Source: Hydrolagus affinis (Eukaryota). Taken from it: a stretch of DNA of 64,000 nucleotides. Positions within the stretch are counted from its first letter, which is position 1. Each line of letters begins with the position of its first letter. Made by a program: the position numbers and the translations under genes. Location: positions 1-64,000 of the forward strand of contig JAAILG010000212.1 in assembly GCA_012026655.1 (NCBI GenBank). The letters run 5' to 3'. The notes under the pieces are model-generated. The model was given only the letters and a program-made list of their open reading frames with translations. It was not told where the DNA came from and did no database searches. This document shows, in pieces, positions 13,406 to 56,792 of this stretch.

Positions 13406-14277
13406 CATGAAGGTTACAAATGCAAATATGGCTTACTCTGGCACAATAATGAAACTGATGCAGCAGCGTAGCAGTTTAGTGACCTGAATCTATGATTAGT
13501 TGTCTTTCAGATGTTGAAGACAGATCAGATTAATACATTTTCTTGTTTTAAGTTTAAAAATAAATGCAGATTATTCAGACAAGGTTTGGACATAAATAAC
13601 AAAATGGTTTAGTGACTTAATTATATATATATCTTCAAGTGTCTCGTACAACAAAACTCCTCCCCTGTGAGTGATTAAGTATTCTATATTAACATTTGAT
13701 TATTAATACCATTACATGTATGATTATGTGCACACATGATATATCTGCATTCATTTTATTTTTTCTTGCATTAAATTGCATGTTTTAATTGTAATTTGTA
13801 GTTTTATGCAAATTTTAATTGTATTATTTTGTTATGTTTATCAGCAAAACATGAAATATTTTAATGGAACATTTGCTTCTTTTTTGGTGCAAGTGGGTAA
13901 TACCCTTTTGCCATATTTAATGGAACAAAATGACTGAACTTTTTCTGCTGTTTCATGATCGAGTTTGTAATTAGAATCTTAACAAAACCTTTCCTGACCT
14001 TTAATTCACCAGTTGAAAGTTGTTTGAAAGCTATTATTGGTTGAATGTTATGTTTCCATTTCATTTTAACTGTCAAAAACTGATCAGGTGGACTGTTATA
14101 AAGGTTCCAGAAACATGGAACCAATTTATTATTTCAGAATGATCAGAATGACCATTTCAGAACCGCTTACATATTAAATAAATTAAATAAACCGTGAATA
14201 GGACTTCACAATTGCCTTCCACAAATACCTATACATATCCAAATGTTTCCATGGTTGAATCTCTTATAGCGTCAGCC

Positions 14278-14720
14278 TGGCTCAAAGGTATCACTTTCTC
14301 CTTTCATTCAGAAGGTTATGGGTTCAATTCGGGTACTTCGAGCTCATACTCCAGTCTGAATACAGCAATGTGGTGCACTGGGGGTGGGATGCTCTCTTTT
14401 GTCCCTCAGATGATACATCAAACCAAAATCAAGTCTGCCTAATGAGAAAACAACAACTTGTATTTATATTGTGCCCCTTGTGCAGAATAGTGTCCTAGAG
14501 CCCCCTTGACAGTGGTGATTCCATATTCATTTATTCAGATGTATATTCATATTAATGTATATCTAATTCAATCCATATTCATATTTCAGATTTGTTGAAG
14601 ATTCCATAGTAGTTTTTGAAAAGAAGGGAGTTTCTCTTGGTGTCCTGGCTAACATTCCCCCAGATACTATTAGTCATTCATGTTGTGGCATATTGGCTGC
14701 TTTTGCCTACAAATACATAG
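14278..14720 (+). mobile_element. Deu-domain SINE remnant, interrupted by an L2-tail fragment
   Basis: TGGCTCA...TCAGAAGGTTATGGGTTCAA pol III head and GGAGTTTCTCTTGGTGTCCTGGCTAACATT body motif. Confidence 0.6.
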
Positions 14721-17700
14721 TCAATAATAATAGTAAATATTTTTGTGTAAACACTAAGATTTTCCAATGTAATGGGCTATTTTAAAGGCAGGGATTATTA
14801 TTTCTAGCCTACACATTCATAATTAAATGAGAGTATTTCTGTGTTTTATATGAATGGGTGAAAATAACCATACATATCAACTGTTGGATATAGATTCATT
14901 TATAAAATAAAAATGAAAAGAACGGTAATTCCTGCTGGTCTACAGCACTGAATATTATGTCAAGAAAGGAGGTTCATTATGAATCAGTTCAGTGGAATGC
15001 AAGATTGATTGGATTATCTGTGGTTGACCTCATGCTAAAAATCCTGGATTTTAGCACAGAATCACCATAATTGTTGTGCAGATTCACTGCAAAACATACA
15101 GGGTAAATAATGGTTGAGCTGGAGCTCCATTGCTGACAAGACCTGGAGAGGCTGGTGCTAGGATCAGTTTGATTCCCCACACTGCTGTATAAATGCAAAA
15201 TGAATTGCCAACTCCATTCCTCTGTAGTCTCCCGAATGCCCTCGAGCAGTTTTCACTCAATTCCCCCTGAAGAGTGAGAAATATAAATCAAGCTGAAATG
15301 AATTAAACTAAACTTCAATAATTGAACAGTATACTCTCCAAGAAAAACTTTTGAAAGGAGATTTACATATTTTGAACATTGATTGTGAATTCATTAAATG
15401 TTTGTAAACATGCCTGATAAAATGAGTTGTCAGAAATATATGAAAGTACTGAGGTCAAAGTGGCTTGTTGCAGCCAGTTAGGTTTTACAGTTGATCTTTA
15501 TTTGATGGAGGCAAAGGCCTTTCTTAGTGCCTATCTGTCCTATCAATCTTCTATCAATCTGTGTAACAGACCAAATCAATTATCTCACTGCATGGCTGAT
15601 GTAAATAAATTATCAGATCTTTTTAGAGTTTCTATAGTTATTTCCTATCTGATATATGCTTATCACTGTAACATGATTGACCCTGACTGCATCCTTTTAT
15701 GAGATACTTTTCCTTGTTCTCTGTGATTTGTGAAGTCGCTGTCATTCGCTCAGGAGCACAGATTTCTTATTACCACCCGCTACCTCAATTTCAGGGGAAT
15801 TATGAGTACGGTGACATAGGTGACCGGCTGTCTGTTGTACAATCAAGTCTCACTCCTGGGTAGATTGAATCTGATGGTTGTGCTGGACATTCACCTCAAC
15901 CAGTAATAGGAAGGGAATTAAAAAACCCCATCAATACTAAAAGCAAGCATGTATAAAAACATCACACCAGCTCAAAAGATGGGATGGAGAATTTTCTCCC
16001 AACAGATTAAACTTCTTTTGATGGAACTCTGCCATTCCCTGGACCAAAGATTAATCAACTGTTTGCTGAATTATGGTAGATACTTGTTGGCAAAATGCAT
16101 ATTTTAATTGTTGTTTAAAGCATCTGCCAAATGATACAATTTGTAAACAAACAAAATAAATTAATGACAGTCCTTATTTAATTTTTAATTCATTATGAAT
16201 TCACCATACAGGAATTATGCATAATTATGTGATAGAGATATGGATATAATTTAAAATCCAATGTACAAATTTGATTTATTTTGGCAAAGACTAATCTATA
16301 GTAGATTTATCTATGTATGATAAATATTTCCACAAGTGAGCTGAACTGCAAGTAAATTATGGTCAGCTAAAGATGCGATCACTCATTTATTCCTTTCTGC
16401 ACATCACACATAAAATGTAATTGTATTTTTTAAAAATTTAATTTCAGTAAGCAGTATTGTTTTCTAGCATATGTTATTGCAAAATATTATTCTACAACAC
16501 ACTGACTGCAAGATATCGGGTGGTGTTGTCAATTTTCATCCATCTATTTAACCAGTTTGTTTAACTCATGTGAAGACCTCACTCACTTAATGCAAGTTGC
16601 CAATATTCATTTCTTATTTCGTAACTTTGCGAGGGAGATGACAATGGTAATCTGGCAATTGATCTTAGGACTCTCCAATTAGAGGGCCTGATCTTGAATT
16701 GCTGTTTCTGACATTTGATATTGTTAAGTTGAAAAATAGGCAAAGATAGATTGTGTTTGCTTGATCGAGATGCTGGTGAATGTTTCCCATTTACCAATGT
16801 CAGTCGTGACTTATTGTACAAACTTTGCCAGCAGTAGGGTATTTGCACATATATTGTTGTAGTAAATTAAACTAGATCGGTAAATAATTTTGAAATGTAT
16901 GAGTTAGAGATAGCCAATGAATAAATAAAAATTGATATCCTTACATTTGATGTAGTGCCCTATCACATCTTCAAGATGTATCAAAGCGCTTAAAATACAA
17001 TGTGTATACAAGCACGATTTTTAAAAACGATTTACTGTAATTTTAAAGATGGAAAATGCTGGAAAGCAAAGCAAATTGATCAGCAGGTGAAGGGTAGCTT
17101 AATATTTCAGCTTTCACTCTTCATCCGATCATAGTTGCTCTTTGGTCATGCACCTTTGCAATTCCCCAAATTGTTTTCATAAACACTATCCACAGCATTT
17201 AACACTTATTTAGTTGAATACATTGTAATCTTTATTGATACATTTTTCCTTAAGAGCAATTTTTGAAAATGTTTATGTCAGAACCCAATACAACTTCATA
17301 TTACAAAAACTGTTTTCATGATAATATTCTGTGATCGAATCTAAATTTTGGATGTACGTGGGAATTTTCTGGAAAAATTCTCGTAGTCAGGTTACAAGAT
17401 GCAATAAGAATGATTATTTATTTTGTGCTTGTGAATTACATTGATCAAAGTGGACAAAATAGTAATTAATATTAAAATGGGGGGGGGGGGGGGAAATAAA
17501 TGTTAGCGGAATCTGACGACCAGATAAACTGCAGCACAAATTTCCTTGTAACTGTTTAACCTTTCATTGTTCTATACTCACACTTTGTCTACGAGGAATC
17601 CCTAAATCCAATCTAAAGCAAGTTTTTTCTGTGCTGTTTGCGTGTCCAGTAATCAGTGAGCAATTAAGTTTTTGCCATTTGTTTTTCCAACGAAGATCAG

Positions 17701-17859
17701 ACACCGCCTTAGCGCCTGTGTCCATCAGTGACTGAAACATCTTCATCCCAGTTAGTTCACTTTTCAGTTCGATCAGGCGCTGTATCAAATGCGAGGTTTA
17801 TTATTATTATTATTATTATTGATGTTGTTATTGTTACAAACCTTACCTTGGGTATCGCA

Positions 17860-18320
17860 ATTATGTATTGAACGACCTTTTATTTGACACGTGGCGTCTC
17901 ACGCGGGGACAGATGGACCTTTTGAAAAGCGTTGACGGTTATAGCCACGTGTCCTGAGAGGGGGGAGGGGTGGGGGAGAGACGGCGGCTGCGGTTGAGGT
18001 TGACAGGGGCTGGCGGGCTAGGTCTGTGGCAGGGGCTGAGGCCGACTGGCAGGCAGGCAGAGACTGAGGGTGGCTGGCAGGCAGGCAGAGACTGAGGGTG
18101 GCTGGCAGGCAGGCAGAGACTGAGGGTGGCTGGCAGGCAGGCAGGCAGAGACTGAAGGTGGCAGGCAGGCAGGCAGAGACTGAGGGTGGCTGGCTGGCAG
18201 ACAGGGACTGAGGCTGGCGCTATCGCTAGTGACGAGGATGATGATGATGATTCGTCCTTCAATGAATTCTCCTTTCAATGTCTTTCTCCTCGCAGCGAGT
18301 CGCGGGCGGTGAAAAAAAAC
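17860..18320. promoter_or_regulatory. CpG/GC-rich promoter and probable non-coding first-exon region of OGDHL
   Basis: The most CpG-dense non-repeat stretch in an AT-rich window, about 2 kb upstream of the ATG exon; CACGTG E-boxes at 17888 and 17946; G-rich GC-box-like runs. Confidence 0.7.
18046..18217. repeat. GC-rich minisatellite, unit about 28 bp (CTGGCAGGCAGGCAGAGACTGAGGGTGG), about 6 copies
   Basis: Directly visible tandem array with a variable number of GGCA units. Confidence 0.9.
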
Positions 18321-18402
18321 GCGTTTATTTTCACAGAGAGAGAGAGGGGAGAAAAAGAGTGGGAGGCTTTTTATTTGTTTTAATTGGAGGCGAAGGAGGG
18401 AG

Positions 18403-18502
18403 NNNNNNNNNNNNNNNNNNNNNNNNNNNNNNNNNNNNNNNNNNNNNNNNNNNNNNNNNNNNNNNNNNNNNNNNNNNNNNNNNNNNNNNNNNNNNNNNNN
18501 NN
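18403..18502. other. Assembly gap (100 N)
   Basis: Run of 100 n. Confidence 1.
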
Positions 18503-20329
18503 CCCCCCCCCCCCCCCTAAAAAAAAAACCAGAGCTGCCGTTTTTGCCGGAATTCAACTTTTTAGTCAAAAAATGTGAGACTGGGGCTGAATGTAAATTT
18601 GGTTCCCTCTCTCCCTCCCCCCACCGCCCCCCTCCCCATAATTTTTTCGGATTTAAATCTTTTAAAAATATATATATTATTTATTTAATAAATGTTAATT
18701 TATTTAATAAAAGTTCATTAGATGTTTAAGAAATGTATTATGAATAATCTATCATTTGTTTAAGAAATATATTATACATGTGATACATTTATTATTAATT
18801 GCGTTATTATTTGTTTAATAAATGTATTCATTTAATAAATCCCCCCCCACCCCCAAACACGCACACATTCACCCATCTCTCCCATGAATAAAATTCTGGT
18901 GGAGGGGGTTTGGAAATACCCATCATCTTCGCAGTTGCAATTTCTCACTTGTGATGGTGCGCAGCAGTTTTGAACAATGTGATTTTAATTTGCAAAACAT
19001 AAAGCACTTTTTTAAACAAAAAGTGAATGCAAGCGAACCAGTGTTCATTCTTGCACCATTCATTTTGAATACTGTACTTTCAACAGGGTTTAGTGCAGAA
19101 CAAGCTCCAACTGCTATTGTGAAAATTGTGAAATTAACCTATTTATTATGAAATAGATCTGTTTATATAACACGCCTGATATTTTTCTTTAAAGAGCTTG
19201 TCAATGTATACATTGTTTATACCTCACTGATGTAATAATATCAAAGGCAATATTTGTGATAAACTTTTTAAAATATATAACACTACAGTACAAAAGATGA
19301 ATATGCCTTTTTTGTGGAAGTATGTAAAAAGCAATCATGAAATTGGCAAGGATATATTATCTTTAAACAGTTCATTGTAAAGTATAACTTTATTGTAAAT
19401 TGATGTTGCTTATAGAGCTAAAATCAGCTGGTGACTTTCATTCTTGTGTGCTGCTGACCTTCAGAATATCAACAGCGATCTTCCCACTATGATTAAACTT
19501 ATTCTGACCCCCTGCTATACACCATAGAATTTTTTTTGATTGATGGATGTGCATCCATCAATGATGTGCATAAGAAAATGTGTTTCCAAGTGAAGTAAAG
19601 TAACAATTCAGTCCAAGTTTCTTCTTCCAAATAGCATGATATAGAATGGACAAAAGCTATGCCTTTTAAATGAAAATGAGTTGCAGAATCTTTTGCTGCT
19701 GATTCTGAAATTAGAAGCAATTTTCCCATTTTTCTTCAAATCTTGCATTGAAGAATACGTATTTTAGTTTTAAAATGGTGTTCCCAGCTTGTTGCCAGTA
19801 AAGGTGACAGAAGCGCAGGAGCATCAAAATGTTTGGAACCACATGTGGTGCTAGATACAACGTGATTTTATGGCAGATTCACAACATATTATTGTGTCTG
19901 GCTGTCTATACTGCATTCTGCCCACCAAACTTGTTCTATGATGGTCTGTTTCACTGCAGCATAACCTTTTTAAAAAATGGAAATGAGACCTTTACATCCC
20001 TTATTATTTGTGGGAGATGTAACCCTTCTGCTCTGGCCTTGCCCGCTCCATAATATCTCTTTCAGGCTCTGAACTAAATTGGTGCTCAGTACTGTACACA
20101 AAAAGCCTCACTGATTTAAGGGCTTAGCAAACAAAACACAATCTTAAGAAAGTAATTCCACAATATGTGTTTACAAGCAGAGACTGAATTTTATATATTA
20201 TAAGAGTTAGAAATATTTGGAGTGGGAAAAAACAATTTTGCAGAATAAGCAGCAGTTGCAATTTATAATTTCATAATGCTGTTGATTTGATTGATGTTTT
20301 GAAAGGATTGCATTGTGGAATAGGGAGCC

Positions 20330-52380
<32,051 letters not shown>

Positions 52381-52485
52381 GGGCATGAGGTGTTGATCTG
52401 AAGTGAAACCATTACTCCAATGGACATAGATGATTTTTTTTGCACATTTAATCTGTTGATCTGTTTTTGTTTTCTTCATCAGAAA

Positions 52486-52491
52486 AATAAA
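52486..52491 (+). terminator. Candidate polyadenylation signal AATAAA for OGDHL (alternatives at 53330 and 53983)
   Basis: First AATAAA about 105 nt after the stop codon; its use cannot be shown from sequence. Confidence 0.4.
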
Positions 52492-55400
52492 ATGTCACAA
52501 ACATTTTCAGACATTAATGTTGTATAAATCTCCTGGTTATTTAGAAAGGCACTTCTTCTGTTGGGTATTTTCTATCTTCTATTTATCAGTGTGCAAAATA
52601 TTTTAGTTAATGACATTTTGTATTATCCTATAAGACTTGATAAAGCATCTTTATTTACATATTTAATATTTCTGCTTTGAAAATGGTCATCAGTTTAGTT
52701 GAATAATGCAGCTGATTTGTGAGCTAGCTCTTGATGAAGAATCTTAATTGGTTGGCAGTTGACAACAAGTCGAAGTGTAAGAATATATTATAATCATAAT
52801 GCCATTTCAAAATATTATTTCAAGAAACTCACTAAATTGATTTCTAACTCTGAATTACTACTTACTGTTAGATTGCTCAAGGAATTCAGATTGCCAATAA
52901 TTGCTAGTCCACCATTGTCAGAGGAGGAAATTCAAGAAAATTGGATAAAAATCAATGCACTATTAAACCTTGCAACATTCCTTCCATCTATTTGAAAACC
53001 AAAGCAATTTGAGGTAGGTAGAGTAAAATAGCTTATCATCTATTGAGTAGAGCACTTAGTCAATGCTTTTGAAATCCCAAATTATGGAACTAAACACAAA
53101 CCTAACATCTCCAGGATCAACATTCATAAATAGCAGAGAAATGCAGGAGTTGATTCATCATTTTTTAAAAAACAAAATCATATAAATTAATTATGAACAC
53201 CCACCTAATTTTACTGGTAAGAAGGGGTGAAGACTGTTCTTCTGTTCATCCCTTGTGGCTGAAATTTGCAGCAAAACATCATCAGATCTTCCTAAGATAA
53301 TCATTTACATTTATTGACAGGAATGTAATAATAAATCATGTGTGCTCTGAATTGTTCCCATCCAGTCCTTTTTCAGAATATTGATTGATCAAAAGTAGCA
53401 ATCAAAAAAATCTTTGTTGAAATAATATTAAGATTTTTTTTATTGCTTGTACATTTAAAATACAGTATTTAGTATTTGGATGATAAATATGTTAGAAATT
53501 ACTTCAGTAGAACTGTGAATATATAAATGGCACGTATTAGAGCTATAAATTCACTTTACAGTATATTCGGTGAAGCGCTTTGAGATGTTGATAAGATGTG
53601 AAAAGCGCTATATCAAATGCAAGATTATTATTATAGTTATAGTAAAACTGACGTCTCGCAGAATTGTTGTAAACATTTAAATTGTTTTCAGGGTATATAA
53701 AGCGTTTCTGCATTGATCACCATGACAAAGACACCACACAATCAGCTGCTTATTACATGAATTTCAGAAAGTGACCCTTTCCTATCTACTCTTGATGTAT
53801 CTAATATCTCTGTAATGTGTTTGAATTTGTTACTTTGTATGTACCTTCCCGTTTAATTAAATGACATAAATCAGATTTGGAGGCTTATGTTTTGAATTGA
53901 ATGGAAGATTTAACAACATTACAATCCTTTTGGTAAATGTTTGACAATTAAATCTGACAATTTAATCTTTCCTATTTGAACGAATAAACACACAGTATTA
54001 AGTATTTCAGTTCTTAATTGATTCATTTTGGTACTTTTATGTCAGAAAATTATTCTGTCCATAGAATCGGTAAACATTTGATTAAGACAAGTTAGATTAC
54101 AAAATGTAACTAAAAAACTATATTTACATATATGTAAATGTGCTGAATTAAGCATTGTTTGTCCACAGGTTGCAATGGGAGGAAATCGACTTCAAACACA
54201 GAAATAGGGAATTATATGATTGAGTTACTGAATTAACAACAACAACAAAATTACATTTGTATGGCATTTTTCACATGAGGAGGATGTACCAAAGTGCTGG
54301 ACAGTTATTGATTCAGTTATTGATTAAGTTGAAGGTATGTTATTTGCAGAATATTTTTTATACTTTGAGTAACCATATATAAATCACTGAAAAACAAAAG
54401 CACATTGAAAAATAAACACACTGTAAATATATCTTTATTCACAACTTTCTTAAATCAAATGTTTACTAATTTCCCATAATGCTATCAAATTATAATGTTT
54501 TCAGTGATTGATTCAGTGATTCGGATAATGAAATCCATCAAGGAGTGTTGATTAGATATTTTTATGTGTGAAGGCCATCTAATTTTCAATTAATTGCAAG
54601 GATGCTTTTATTAAGTGTAGATCTAGAGTGATAAAGATCATAATAGGGAAATGCCATTTAGATCATCAAGCCCACAAGATGCCCTAGACAACTCAAAGCC
54701 AATTATTTTTATATTCCTGAGGGAGTGACCCCTTAACCCTAAAGACAAATGAGCAAATCTCCTGAATATCTTCGCTCATCCATAATTTATTTAATTACAT
54801 TTAGAAAGATATAAAAGATATGGTTTTGCAAATGACCCAACAGTGAAGTTAATTGAGTAGTTCATGACATGTTTGAAAAGTGGAAATGTTTCCTTAATCT
54901 TAGTCTATTTGTATATTATTTTAAAAAGCTTTAAGGCCAATAACTGAATAATGCATATACCATTCAGAGAGGACCTTTACACAAGAAAGGTAAGTGAACT
55001 ATTACATCAGCCTGTTTTTTTTTAACCAGTTGCCAAACATCTGTCAGTAGATTTTACCCAGGAGACTCCCCAGTTTGTAATAAAGTTACAAAGCATATTA
55101 GCATAAGATTGGCTTTGGCCCTTTACTGCAGCATGAAATGCTTAAGAGTTTTAACTTTTAGTGAATAACAGCTGCATCTTAACTTTTTCACCTTATGCCC
55201 ATTCATTAAGTTGCCTTGGTTCAAAACATATTTAAACAGTTGAAATGTTGAATTGAAAAAAGGATACCAAACTGTCCCAAGAGAGCTTTCAATAATAATA
55301 CTGAAATGCCAGGGTACAAACTTATTTCAGCAACATTTTGTACATACATAGCGTATTTCTCATAGGGAAATGTATTGAATCAGAAACAAGTTATTTACAT

Positions 55401-55637
55401 ATTGCAAATGTCTATCGAATAAGATATCTTCTACAGTTGTCAGTGAACTGCATTTTACTCAAATATTATTTGATGCTTTTAAAACTCACCAATGCCTAAA
55501 GTAATTAAGGACCCCATCAGAGTGGAAGGCAAGCACCCATTTAAAATTCAATAGTATCACCAACCTATTGTAAAGGAACACACAATAATTGCATTGGAAA
55601 ATAATGAGCTTCAAAGAATTGCAAGAGATATTTGAAT

Positions 55638-55840
55638 CCTAGAATCTTATGGCACAAAAGGAGGCCATTCGGCCCTTCGAATCTGTGCCAGCTCTTTAAA
55701 AAGAGCAATTTAATCCCATTTCCCCAGCTCTCTCCTCATAACCACGCAAACCCGTCCTCCCCAAATAAATGTCTACCTCTCTTTTAAAAGTTGTTATCGA
55801 ATCGGCCTCCACCACCTTTTCAGACAATGCATTCCAGATT
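55638..55840 (-). mobile_element. CR1 3' fragment
   Basis: Same CR1 3' end as 5541-5720 (GGCACAAAAGGAGGCCATTCGGCCC). Confidence 0.82.
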
Positions 55841-56524
55841 CAATTAAACCAACAAGGGCTTATTGGAATTGATTTCAGCTGTGAAAAGGAAACAACTGGA
55901 GCACAATATCTGCTAATAATCACATCCCATACCACAAATTAAAACCAAGAAAGCCATTATTGTAAAGTTCCTTTTGTTTTTTCTGTTGCATCCATACTTT
56001 ATTTTTAAAAAGTCCATTATCTTGGGATAAGTAATGAAAGTTTGGAAAATCTTGGTGATGCAGCTCAGCAAAGGTATGAGTGGAACGCTTCTAGATGAGA
56101 TTCCTGAACCTAAATTACAGCACTAAATTAGGTAAAAACATAATTCAGAACCATTAACTACACTATCAAATGTATCCGTCCTAATGTTTCATTGTGTATT
56201 CCTCTCAAAAGCAAAAAGACCTCCAAACATGAATTGGTCAAAGGGAATGAGGGATTGAGTTAAAAGTAATTTTAAAAACAAGTTTTCATAATAATAATCC
56301 TTGCATTTTACATAGCACTTTTCATGTTTTTAAATGTCTCAAAGTGCTTCACAGAATATACCGTAAAGTGAAGTAACTGTATATATTGTGGGCGAAACAC
56401 AGTACCCAATTGCATACCGGTACTTTGTTTTGCTGACCATTTCGCTTACAAGTTTCACAGTCAATCCACTTAATATACTTGTATATTCTGTGAAAGGCTT
56501 TCAGGCACCTCAATGATGTGATAA

Positions 56525-56792
56525 CTAACCATAATGTGCTACCAACCTGCCCGCTCTTCCGCTCAGCAGGCTCTGGCCTGCTTCACATCCCCTACCTCGC
56601 CCACCCTGCCATTGGCAGATGGACCTTCAAGGACTCCGCCCCCACACTCTGGAACTCCATCCCGCAGTCCCTCCATCTTGTCCCCTCCCCTGCCTTCAAG
56701 ACCCATCTCAAGACATTCCTCTTCGACTGTGCCTTTGATCACACTCGACCTCCCAATTTGAAAAGTGCTATAAAAATGCAATTTTGTTGTTG
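56525..56792 (+). mobile_element. L2 3' fragment nested in a SINE
   Basis: SGLLHIP...APTLWNSIPQSL...FKTHLKTFLFD; TTTTGTTGTTG tail. Confidence 0.8.

Noticed and set aside
1-17800. 3' exons of PARG (upstream neighbour in human)
   Set aside because: No PARG-like peptide seen; non-LINE ORFs look like chance ORFs in AT-rich DNA.
17939-18569. ORFs with repeated CLPASHPQSLPA and an acidic DEDDDDD stretch
   Set aside because: These are translations of the minisatellite and a (GAT)n run, and some cross the N gap.
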